64,000 nucleotides of DNA from Podarcis vaucheri (taxonomy: Eukaryota), in NCBI GenBank assembly GCA_965113315.1, contig OZ220371.1; one strand, written 5' to 3'. Shown here one piece after another: positions 48,897 to 60,550 of the stretch (position 1 is its first letter; each line of letters opens with the position of its first letter). The position numbers and the translations under genes are program-made. The notes beneath the pieces were generated by a model. That model saw only the letters and a program-made list of their open reading frames with translations, made no database searches and was not told the DNA's origin.

Positions 48897-50389
48897 CTAG
48901 AAGGGAAAAAAATATTCAAGTGTTAACAATACAAGGACCATCACCTTACTTTTAAATTCCTTCAGTTGCTTCCAGCAGAAAGCATAGCATGTGCCTGTTT
49001 TTATAAGTGGCAATCTTCTCTGCGGGGCAGAGATAATGGCTCAAGGGGCAGAGTTCATGCCAGGTGCCAAAGCTATTGGCCGACAAAATTGGAATTAGCA
49101 GTCTATTATTTTATTCTGGCTACAAACCAGTAGCACACATAGCATGGTTATTTTAAAGAGTCACCCTTTTTTCAACATACAGTTTAAAAGTTTAAAATGA
49201 AAGCAGATAAGGACTCTAATAATTGCACATGTGGTCATTTTGGTCAGGGCAACTTCTAATTTAATACTACAGTGAGTAGGTTAAAGCTACACTTGCCAAA
49301 AATCTTACATTGTTACCTTTAAAACGTAACTTCACATTGTTTATTTTTTAATGAAAGCAATCATCTTTAGACCTAAGTTTGTGTCGAAGGTTATTTGTAC
49401 ACCTCCAACTTTATGTTTGCTATCTGTATCATAATTTTTCCTTACACCTAGAACTGAAATTGCACAGCTCATAGAATACTTGATTAAATGATATCAGGTG
49501 GACTTATGCAAAATGTGAAACAGGTAATGCTGCTCTCTCACAATACTTCAATTAGATGAAGTAATATGGCAAGCGTTTGTAAATCAATGTCTACAAGGGC
49601 TTATGGCTGAGGGATACTAACTTGAAGGGAAGCTTAAGCCAAACCACAAATGCTCATAACTGGCCCAAGAGTGGACAAATTGGAATAAGCATGCTTATTT
49701 TAAAGAGTTACCCTTTTTCCGATATAAAGTTTAAAATGAAAGCAGATAAGGACTCTAAGGAGAACAGGCAGTGCAATCCAGTGCTTTTGTCCACAAAGCT
49801 GGGAAAACTCACCAGCGCGGTGCTACAGACGTGTGTGACTATCAACATCTAAAACAACCAAGTCTTGTGGTACCTTATATTTATTACAGCTATAAGCTTC
49901 TGTGAAGTACACAACCAAGGAGGTTGACGGCGCAATACTACAGGTGCCTGCTCAGAAGCACGTTCTTTTCAAGGGCGCTTACTCCCGGGCAAACGAGTGG
50001 AGCTCCTTACCTTGGAAAGCTACTCCACGCATAGCCATTAAGGTTTTTCTCTCTCTTTTATATTGCGATGCAAACTTTTGCTGGCACGCTGTGGGGCGCT
50101 ATACCCTCAGCAACAGGATGTTTGTGTAAAGCAAATAAATCAACGTGGGGGAAAGTAAAGGAAAAGAGAAGAAAGGATGGCTGCCCTATGCTGCGTCCCG
50201 CTCCTTCCCCTCCAGCTCGGGCGCCCTCATTCCCTCGCAGCAGCATCCCCTCCTCCCGATCCTAAGCGGGCGTCCCTACTCGGAAGTAAAGCCCCTTGGA
50301 TTCAGCGGGGCTTACTCCAGAGTAAGCGGCTCCCCTAGGAGCAGCCCGCTCAACCGAGTCCCTCCTCTCTCCTTTCCCGGCTAACTCAC

Positions 50390-50462
50390 AGAAAAACTCG
50401 GCGACGATCTCGGCGCTGCCCCGCAAGGTGATGCCCTGCTCCCGGCTCTGCTGCTTCGCCAT
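50390..50462 (-). CDS. MAD2L1: MAD2L1 coding exon 1
   Basis: ATG at 50462; encodes MAKQQSREQGITLRGSAEIVAEFF; donor |gtgagt. Confidence 0.97.
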
Positions 50463-50745
50463 TCGAAGAGGACGAGGCGGCGACGGGGGTTGAGCTCGGA
50501 CTCCGGGCGATCTTCCCGCCACCTGATTCAAAATCCAGTTCCGCCTGCTTCGCGTCGCGCGAGAGTACAAGGCAACAGAGGGCGCACCCCCGTTGCGCGT
50601 GCGCAGCAGGAAAAGGGGGGTGGGGCCAACAGCAATGCAAGCGTCGTTATCCCCGACGCCCGTGTGCCGTAAAGCGTTCTGGTGCCTCTAGCCTATAGAA
50701 ACGCGCATGCGTGAAATCTTTGAGCTATTCCGCCCCCACGTCCCT
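50463..50745 (-). promoter_or_regulatory. MAD2L1: MAD2L1 CpG-island promoter / 5'UTR
   Basis: CHR motif TTTGAA (50527-50532, minus), E2F-like TTCCCGCC (50513-50520), NRF1 motif TGCGCACGCGCA (50594-50605, minus), GCGCATGCG near 50703 and a GC box. Confidence 0.72.
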
Positions 50746-52343
50746 TCATGGTGGTTGATTAGGGAGCTCCGTGGGTTTTTGTTAATAACGGGGAGAAGCG
50801 GGGATCCATTCTTGTTTCTCATAAGGAGAGGTTTTTATTGTTTGGGGTGTATTTTTTTTCTCTAGGGAAGGGGTTGGTGCAAACTAAAACCTTACTTGAA
50901 ACATGCAGGCGTTTCAGCTTTAAAAGTTAGAGCGCTGGAGCACGTGGCAAAAAAAGAAAATACTGTACGCTGAAGCTTATTAGCAAATAAAATTAATGTA
51001 AACTTCTGTGCAGTGTGATTGCCACTTCCCCTTTTTAGATTTCAATTAAATTCCCTTAATATATTTTACGATTTTTAAAAAGCCTACTTTTTGAACTAGG
51101 CATTGTTCTAGGAGCGAGGTGGGTCTCAATCCTGCATCTTCAGCGCACCTCTTTATCCTTGCTTTTGCTACCGGAGATGTGTATTTTAGGAGCCCGCTTT
51201 ATTTTTCTGTGTTAAATCATTTGCAACATGGGGTCTTCTTTTGTCGTTGGATCCCACCTGGGACCTTATCGTTAAGGGTGGGTAACTAATAAGCATAAGG
51301 GTCAGCATTTTATTATTATTAACAACAATTATATTATTTTCCACTTTTTATTTAGAGGTTGTAAGGCTGCTGAAGTATTTTGGGGCTTCATGATGTCTTT
51401 TGGGGGAAAATGCTGTACCTACAGGGGTACACGAAAGGGTTCCAAAAAGATATATGGCAGAATTTAGGCTGGATAATCTTCAAATTAACCTTCCAAGAAG
51501 AGGTACACCATTAAGTCTAAACTTTCAAAAGGAGTATATGGTTATTTTAAGTTTGGGAAACACTGCATTAGCAACAACAACAACAAATTTGTACCACACC
51601 CATCTGACTGGGTTGCCATAGTAAGGCAGGTATTCAGCCACAACCCCTAAAATCTCAGGAATTAAAAATGCCCCAGGAATACTTAGTGGATTGATTAAAA
51701 ATATAAAATGAAAACAGGCGATACTTCTCTATATGTTCAAAATGCAGTAACAGAATAAAAAGGAAACTAGGCTTGAGAGCCTCATGTGGAGTAGCAGAAT
51801 GTTTATTTAAAATATTTTTTTTAAGCTCTTCAATGGGTTCCAGAGTTGTGTTTAATAGATTTCTAGATAAAAATATTAGAGTATTTGTAGTCCACCAAGG
51901 GGTTTTACATTCTTCAAGTAAGAGTGCATATTGGGTGCATTTGGAAGGCATAACTAATACTCTGGGAAGAGAGTTCTTGCCATTTAACAACAATAATGCA
52001 TTGCTTAGTATTCAGTGCAAGAATTGTGATCTATCCTTTTCACACCCCAGTAAACAAATGGTAATAGCCTTTTATATCAAGGATGTTTGGTGCCACAGTT
52101 TATTTTCTTCGGGACTTAAGTGTATCTCTAATAACAGGATATGATGATGTGGGCTTTAATCAACAAAAAGTCCACCTTTGATAAAAGGAATTGAGTCTGT
52201 AAGGTACTATGAGGCTCATTGTTTGCTGCAAGGGTATCTAACATGGCTGCCCATTGACAGTTTGGGCAGTGGTCTTGAAATATATTGAAGAAAATAAACT
52301 TTTAATGGTCATGGGCATTTAGACCACACTAATCAATATAGAT

Positions 52344-52686
52344 GGGATGCGGGTGGCGCTGTGGGTTAAACCACTGCTGATCAGAAGGTCGGCGGTTCGA
52401 ATCCCCGTGACGGGGTGAGCTCCCGTTGCTCGGTCCCTGCTCCTGCCAACCTAGCAGTTCGAAAGCATGTCAAAGTGCAAGTAGATAAATAGGTACCGCT
52501 ACGGTGGGAAGGTAAACGGTGTTTTGTGCGCTGCTCTGGTTTGCCAGAAGCGGCTTAGTCATGCTGGCCACATGACCCGGAAGCTGTACGCTGGCTCCCT
52601 TGGCCAATAAAGCGAGATGAGCGCCGCAACCCCAGAGTCGGTCACGACTGGACCTAATGGTCAGGGTCCCTTTACCCTTTACCTTT
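52344..52686 (+). mobile_element. Sauria SINE
   Basis: tRNA-like head, ACCTTT tail, TSD TAATCAATATAGA/TAATTGATATAGA. Confidence 0.92.
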
Positions 52687-52986
52687 AATTGATATAGAAA
52701 TCACAAGGAGTCTGTTTGTTTTCTGCTTTATCTCAATGGTCCTGGTGGAAGATTGAGAACATACTGTGAAGCAGGGGAAATTCTTTATTTTTCCTGAAGG
52801 ATTTTTTCCTCTACATAGTGAATAGAAAGAATAGTAACTGCAGAATTAGCTGAATTAGTATTACAGTTAAGTCATTAATATTATTACAGTTAAGTCATTA
52901 CTCAAACACAGTCACAAAGCGATTTATCCAAAAATATTTGCCATTTGAATTAGTATGATTTTTTGGTAGCTTCCCCTTTGAATTAC

Positions 52987-53000
52987 CCACAAGATGGCAG
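52987..53000 (+). promoter_or_regulatory. Candidate CTCF site
   Basis: CCACAAGATGGCAG, one deviation from the CCASYAGRKGGCRS consensus. Confidence 0.4.
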
Positions 53001-53850
53001 TGCTTACCTAGAAGTTCTTGTCTACCATGTTCCCTCAATATTATGAGATGCTTTTCTGTAATTTCTGAGCTGTTTCTAGTTACATATTGTTCCTACATTA
53101 TTATATCCAAATAGCATTTCATAGAGAAATAAAACTAGTAGTGTTGCTTATTAGACTTGAATTCTTGAAGCAAGTCAACACAGTCTTTACTGACTTCACT
53201 GCACTGCTACAAGATAGATTAAGTGATGAGCCCTCACCCGTGTTTGATTGTATTTGAATGGATTTTCATCTGCTTGTGTTCAAGCTATCTCCCAGCTTGT
53301 TTCTTTGCCTAAAGGTCAGGAGTATACCAAGGAGCCTAACGGGCTCCATAAAGTGGGAGATGGTGCTCAACAACCTGAGCCATTTGGATGTCCCAGAGGT
53401 CAGCCACATCTTAGACAGGAGCACCAGTTATATCAGCCAGAAAATCCCCCAGAACTGTTTGGAAACCCATTGGATCCATCCACCTCTGAGGGTAACCACC
53501 CTAATAGTGCTTTTTTTGTAAGAAAAAAAGGTATTACCATGAAGTTCTTGTAGTAAGTGTCACATTTTAAACATATCCTGCAATGTACTTCGTCTTTAGA
53601 TAGCTTCCTGCTTTTTGTATCAACTGCAGAATGTCGTTCATGTAGCGACCATGATTCCACATATTGGGTAGGGTTGAACTGAGTAAGGGAGGGTCCTACC
53701 ATCCTGATGAACATCCATGAATAAATTGTCCTTATAAGCAGAGACGACGAAAGTTAGTATAAGATTTACCTGAGAGAATCCTCTTTCATATTCACTCAAA
53801 GAAATTTGCTTTACTCAGTTTGTCCTTGACTTAGACACAGACTTTATGCA

Positions 53851-53851
53851 A

Positions 53852-53882
<31 letters not shown>
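53851..53882. repeat. (TAT)n microsatellite, probably the tail of a degraded minus-strand L2
   Basis: Trinucleotide run followed by gagcattccaca, an L2-like sequence. Confidence 0.85.
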
Positions 53883-55321
53883 TGTTAAAGAGGAACATTT
53901 TTGCCTGGCTCCTAAAAGTGTATAATGAAGGCTTCAGTCAAACCTCCCTGGGGGTGAGCATTCCACAAACGGGGAGCCACTGCAGGAATGGCCTGTTTCA
54001 TGCTGCCACCCTCCGGACCTGTTGTGGAAGGAGGCACACAAAGAATGAAATGCACAAACTGTTTTGCTGCTTTCTCATTAATGTATGTCTTACCTGGTCT
54101 TAAACATTTTTTCCTGGAGTGTACGTATAAAAAAGGCAAGAAAGAGCCAACAAGATGTATTAAATTAAGCAAGGCATGAAGAAAGTGGATGGAGATTTTT
54201 TTACCAGTTGCGGGAAACCTCAGGAGGGAAGATCACTCTTCTGCTTGGTCCTGCCTGCACGTTTTCTACAAGTGTCTGAGAACAGGATGGGTGTTGGGTT
54301 AGATGGCCCATTGGCCTGATCCAGTAGATGCTTCTTATATCCATGCCCAGACTACATCCCCATGCACACAGGCCAGATGTTGTACTGTCCACCACACTGC
54401 TCCTTGTTCTGGCTTGTTGCAAGGCAGCTTCCTATCTTAAAGACGATGGGCTTGGGACTTTCACTTCCTTTCAAACTTCATTATTGCAGAAACAAAGTTG
54501 ATGAGAAAAATACAGAGATTTTATTCTGAATAATAATAAGATTGAGATGAGCCAGATGTATTGAAACAAAATAGGGTTGTGCCAATCACTGAGCAGTCCC
54601 ACTTCCCCCCAATCATTCTAAATACCCTCGTGATGAGAAGTTCTCAATCTGGACAAGGTTTATAACAAGGGAAAGAAACACAATGCTCTCAAGCTCACTT
54701 CCCTCCATTAGGGAAAATAGGATTCTTCAGCCAAAATCTAGTAAGATCATTTAAATAATATTAAATAATTTAGTAAAAAGCAGAAAAATTGCTCTTGGGA
54801 CTGGGAAGATTGAAGCTCTATAAATCAAAGAGGAATGTCTGGCAAAGGTCAGCATCTTATTAGCAAGGGGTGGGGGAATGAACATAAACGCATGAGAAGA
54901 GTACAAGCATCATGACAAAACCAACTCAGATACCTATGCCAATGAAAGTTAGTATTCCAGATAAAAAGCAATTGGAAACTAGATGTGACAAACATGACCT
55001 AACAAGGTGCAACTGCAGGAAAGAAATGGCTTTTCTACTGAACTTTATCAGGAAGTATGTACACAATAAGAGCAAACACACATGATGAGGAAGGCCTTGT
55101 GGAATAGAGAGAGGCATTGGAGCCCCTTATTTTATGAGGCAGTCTTAAAGTTAGTGGTCTCTGTATCTTATACTGACTTTTACACGTGCAATCTAGAATT
55201 TATCAAGAGGCCCATCTCACTACAGGGAATGGGGGAACCAAAAATGCTTCCACTCCAGATCCTTTCCCCAGTTCTCAGGCTTGAGTAAACTTCTTCAGGA
55301 CGCTTTCAGCCAATGTGGATA

Positions 55322-55424
55322 CAGTGGTACCTCGGATTACATACGCTTCAGGTTACATACTCTTCAGGTTACAGACTCCGCTAACCCAGAAATACTGCTT
55401 CAGGTTAAGAACTTTGCTTCAGGA
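55322..55424. mobile_element. Left arm only of a Tigger-type MITE
   Basis: TA + CAGTGGTACCTCGG and cttcaggtta repeats; truncated at the LINE 3' end. Confidence 0.75.
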
Positions 55425-58360
55425 ACGAACAAACGAAAATGTTTATTTGGCTTTACGCCCATCATGAAGCACAACACAACAAAACAAAGCAAAACAAATA
55501 AAACACTGGACTCGTACAGGCCACCAATAATATAACACAATTCACAGCTCACAAGGACAGATATTAGCAAATCAAAAGAAAAATTTAAGATTAAGATTTC
55601 GACACTACACTAAAATCAATATCTGATGTCATTATAGAAAATTCTTATAACTATCAATAATCGGCTAACATTCCATTCCGTCTCTTATACGAGAGGACGG
55701 CTGTTAGGAATTTAGCAACCTGTAGGTAATATAAGGATCCACATCTTGAAGAACCCAGGCAAGCTGGTTTGTCAGCCATAGGCTGAATTATAGAGTTTAG
55801 TATACCAGCACAAACTGAACTGTACATAGGGCAGATAAACATGACATGCTGTAGAGATTCAGATGTTTTCATATCACAAGCACACTTTGAAGGGACTTGG
55901 CCCTTAGTGAATCTATGTCTCAGGACATTTGTTGGAAAAACATTGAACCTAGCTCTAATGAAGGCATATCGGTGAGACGCGGTCATAAGCGATGTTAAGT
56001 AGGACGGAGCACGGTAGATAGGGATTATGCCGAAATTTAACGGCGAGCAGACTCCACCACCAGCTAGGAAATTTTGGTATAGCTCCGCATCATCCAGCCT
56101 TTGATTTATACACCTTTTTGCCACATTTAGATCCAGTTTGAGCAATTCAGTGGGACGAGATCTCATAGGACAGCAATTTGGCATGGATTTTTCCTGACCA
56201 CAAATTTGTGAAATCATCCTGCCACATGCATTGAATGAGATAGTGGTTCAGGAGTTTGTGCCATAGGGATATCCAATAAATCAAAACTCTCCTCCATAGA
56301 ACTAACTCCACTGAAGGGATCTTCATTTCTAAACGAATAGCCGCATTACTTACGCATGTTGGTAATTTTAGAATTCGGCGTAAGAATTGGCTTTGAAGCG
56401 ACTCTAAAGGTGAGAGGTTTGCAAAGGCAGCCCATAAAGGTGCAGCATAGGCCATTGTGGCCATCACTTTGATGCTATACACCTTCAAGGCCGCAGGGAT
56501 GAATAAGGCCCCCTCAGAGTAGAAAAAACGGAGGAGAGAGTGTGTTAGGGCTTTTGCCTTGTTTTGAAGGTATTCAACGTGCGCTTTCCACCCTAAATTA
56601 TATTGAAAGTAAATACCTAAATATTTAAATTTATGTACTTGTTCGATTTTCGTGCCCTCCAATTTCCATGAATAAAGTTTTCGACTCCTTGAGAATATCA
56701 ATACTTTAGACTTGGTGTGGTTGATAGACAGATGATTAGAATGGCAATATGTCGCAAAAAATCTTTAGTGCCCTCCTTAAACCCACTCTGGAGTAAGAGA
56801 GTAGTACCGCATCATCTGCGTAGAGAAGTAAAGGACAACGATAATCTGCTATACGAGGGGTGTGGATAAATTTTTGTGAGTCGACTAATGGGTTCCTCAT
56901 ATCACTAATAAATAGGTTAAAAAGAAGTGGCGCTAAAATACAACCCTGGCGAACACCCTTATTTACTGGCACTGGGTTAGTTAGGTCTCCAGCAGGGGAT
57001 AATCTCACCCTGGCCATGGACCTGGCATGAAGTTGGGAGATAAAGCCACAGGAGCCTTCTATCTATTCCCCAGCAGGCAAGTTTATCCCATAGTAATTTC
57101 CTCGGAATACTATCAAACACAGCTTTCAAATCTATGAAAGCTGCGCAAAGTTGGCCCCGTCGAGGTGTCGAGTATTTCCGGGCTAAGTGAAAAAGAATAA
57201 TTGCCTGGTCTGTTGTGGATCGGTTTAATCTAAATCCAGCTTGCTCATGCCCAATCAGGTCAGCCTCAACTGACCGCTTCATCAACCTTGCCAGCAAAAA
57301 ATGGGCATATATTTTCCTAATGGACGATAGCAGACTGATATTCCGGTAATTCCCTGTGTCACCGGGAGGACCTTTTTTGTAGATAGGAATTATAATGGCC
57401 TCCTTCCACGTTCCTGGTATTAAGCCCGTGGCATTTATTGCATCAAATGTTTTAGCTAAAATCCCTGCCCACCATGCAGAATGTAGCTTTATAGCCTCAA
57501 CAGGGACCAAATCTGGCCCAGGGGCCTTACCAGTTTTCAGCTCAGCTATCAATTCTAGGATTTCAGCAGGGTCAGTATTGGGCCAGATGGGAAGGGGATT
57601 AGAAGGTCTCCAGTGAGTGTCCGGAGCTTCTGCCACTGAGAAATATTTTCTCAGGAACTGCTCCCATGTAGAGGCCGGGATCACCGTTAAGGGATATTTC
57701 GTGTTTCTTCCCTTTATTAAGGACCAAAATTTCCGGGAGTTATGAGATTTTGAGGCAGAAATTATAGTCTGCCAGCGATTTAAATGCCATTCCCGTTTGG
57801 CCGATTTCTGGGCCTGTTTGTATGCTTTTCTAGCCAGGGAATAAGATGGAGGTAAGGCCGGAGCGCCGGAAAGTTTGTAATCATTATATATTGTATGTAG
57901 ATGGAGTCTGGCTAGTTTACAAGCAGAGTTAAACCAAGAATCGTTTTTAACTCCATAGGTTGGAGAAGTAAAAAAGCAGGTTAAAATTTCTATCAGGCAA
58001 GAAAAAAAATTCATACAAGTAATAGGATCACGCGGACTATTCCTACGTCCGGCAGCTCGCCAGAAAACTTTTCTCGGATAAAATCCATATATTTATGGGC
58101 GAGGGCAGGGGACCATCTAGTCCCCTTTATTTTAGTGGACGACTCTACAATCACCGGGATTGGGTGGGTGCGCTCGAGCAACTGCCAGTCAACACATAAC
58201 TTGGTTGTCAGGGGAAGATGATCACTAAACTGGGCATTATCAATTTTAAAAGAGATGACATTCAAAAAAAGATCCCGGGAAACCAATACATAATCGAGAA
58301 CACTGTTTGATTTTAACCCCAGGTGGGTGAACTCTCCTGGTATATCTGGAGGACATCTGA
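55425..58360 (-). mobile_element. Non-LTR LINE (RTE-X-like), 5'-truncated, frameshifted EN-RT-CCHC ORF2
   Basis: ORF pieces: LDYVLV...SDHLPL (APE end), GKAPGPD / NYRNISLLS / FIDLKAVFDS, GVRQGCILAPLLFN / LLYADD, FKYLG, and CACD...HVMFIC. AATAAA near the 3' end. Clade assignment is tentative. Confidence 0.88.
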
Positions 58361-58920
58361 TGTTTTCACCCATTCACAAACTTGAGTGATAGTGGGCCTC
58401 TTCATTTGTCCAGTAGGTGTCAGATAATGATTACCATCAGCCATCCATTTGTTCCATTCTTCTCGCATAAAGAACTTAAATGGCTTGTTGATGGAAATGT
58501 TGAGAGGTTGAAACTGGTTGGTAAGACCTCCAGGAATTACAGCTAGGTGAGTCTTCACTTCTTTAAAGCACTTTTTTTGTAGTTTCGCTAATATGTGCTC
58601 TAAAGTGGTCAAGTACTAATAAGGCAGGTTTTTTCAGAGGCCCTCCAGGACGTTTTGACCACACTTTTCGAAGCCATACTCTCATTCCATTTTCATCCAT
58701 CCATGCTTTCACTGAACATGTACAACGATTCCTCTTGGAATCACTTCTTTTGGAAATGTTTTCCTTATGAAAATTAACATGGGTGGCAATTTGGTGCCGT
58801 CTGCACAGCAAGACAACACAGCTGTGTAATGGGTTTTCTCATGTCCGGAGATTTTCATGTTGATAGTTTTGGCACCTTTCAGATCAACAGTCCTATTAAA
58901 TGGCATATCAAAGGATAGCA
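58361..58920 (-). pseudogene. pogo-superfamily (POGK/Passer-like) DDE transposase fossil fragment
   Basis: FDMPFNRTV...GHEKTHYTAVLSCCADGTKLPPMLIF, AWMDENGM...LLVLDHFRAH and IPGGLT...QPLNISINKPFK lie in three frames; QPLD reads QPLN. Confidence 0.88.
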
Positions 58921-59332
58921 TGTAGCAAACGGTCAGGCTAGTCAAATGACCACACAGCAACAGAAAAATAAAGCAAAGTTTTAATTGTTTGCCAGCAGCA
59001 AGGAATGGCACGGAGGAATAAGTTCCGAAGTCCGGCCCGCCCCAACAGGGGAGGCTTCCCTTTATACATTCTTGAATCAGGTCTTTATCCAATCAAATTA
59101 CATATACTCTGATAGATACAATAGGTTCTGCCTAGAGACAGGGCATGAGGAGTAGGACATTACCGTTCCATGTCTTTGTTTGGTAATCCTTATCAGCCTA
59201 TCTCTGTGTGTCTCTGGGTAGTGGGTGTCTGAGTGTATTTACTGGATATGGGGGCCTGGCCTAGATCAACAAAATGGCTTCCTTGCTTAACATTTTAACT
59301 CTCAAAATGGCTTCACTGAGCACGTTGCTACA
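58921..59332 (-). mobile_element. Solo-LTR-like element
   Basis: Inverted termini TGTAGCAA...TTGCTACA; TATAAA and ATTAAA on the minus strand; no clear TSD. Confidence 0.65.
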
Positions 59333-59864
59333 ATGCCTTTCCCTGTCAATTTCCCAGAATACATAATTGAATAGGGCTATTACTTTATTTATTGAATTTG
59401 TTAATTGCTTTTTTGCCACAGAAACCTGCGACTTAAAATTATTTTAAGCAGATAAACCCTTTTCACCCAAAGCTTGAAGACTAGGATTCCACCCAGTGTC
59501 TTAACGGCCAAAAGTTGTGATATTTTGCTATAGGGAAGGCAAAACCTCTAGACTGGCCAATTTGTCTACAAGCAAATACCTTCCTGGCTCCAAATACAAC
59601 AAGCTTAGCAAGACCAGGAGGCACAAAGAAAAACTGGTTAGACAGACTAAAACCTGTCTTCCTCTTCTCTGGAAGGTTCAAGCTGGGGAGGTGGTCTCCA
59701 CCATTCCTCCTCTGTCCAGTCCTTGACAATACTAGTCTGTCATTCCTTGGATGCAGCATGTCAGGTGAAACAACCAATCACTTTCTCATGATAATTTCCA
59801 CCATGTCTAACATCTTGGGTAGTTATAATGAAGCACGTGAAAGTAGAGTGGTACCCACTTAGAG

Positions 59865-60550
59865 TGAAACAAGGATCAGACAGACACAGCTTTTGGAGAA
59901 AAAGAAGGTGAGGTTTTATTGCTGAGCAATAAGGACCCAGTTGGAATCTTTTCCAAAAGGACTGGGACCCAGAGAGATACAGGCCCTGAGGTTATATACC
60001 TGAGCAAATCACAGATCATGAGACAGTCACGAACGCCAGCGAAAAATAGCCAATTAGCGTGCTTCTTGCCATGCTCCTGATCTTACGCAGAGTTTTACTC
60101 CTAACTTCTGCTTTCCATTGTGTGTACAATGATGCACAATGATGTACAGTCTGACCTTTTCCCTACTTCTGACAGGGAGGGAATCTCCTGGTGCTACCTC
60201 CCCCTTACGCATCTGCTCTGTAGGGATTTTTGTGGTTAGGCCCTTCCTGTTTTGTGGACCATTTTAGCCTGTAGTTGAGGGGGATATTTGTACCAGCGCC
60301 TTGTGATTCATGGCTTCCCCTTTCCTATAGGGTACAGGATGTTACTAGGTGAAAGGTTGGTTCTAGACTTGCGGTTCCAAGCAGTTTGCAGTTAGCTAAG
60401 GCAAAAAGCTTTCTTGATTCAAAATGGATTATAAAAATACTGTAAGCCCTGATTATGTGTGAGCATATGTGAATATATTGATTACTGATAACTGATTATA
60501 TGAATAGCATAAGGGTGGCCCCCCTTTCCTTGCTTTAATGGTACTCGTCA
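59865..60550 (-). mobile_element. ERV-like solo LTR
   Basis: TG...CA termini, flanks TAGAG/AAGAG, AATAAA near the left end and TATATAA on the minus strand. Confidence 0.55.

Noticed and set aside
58313-59092. Functional POGK gene
   Set aside because: Split over three frames, catalytic QPLD reads QPLN, truncated on both sides, and no KRAB or DNA-binding region.
59481-59777. RRM-like motif GQSRGFAF suggesting an RNA-binding protein pseudogene
   Set aside because: Only a short motif; the surrounding residues and spacing do not form a convincing RRM.
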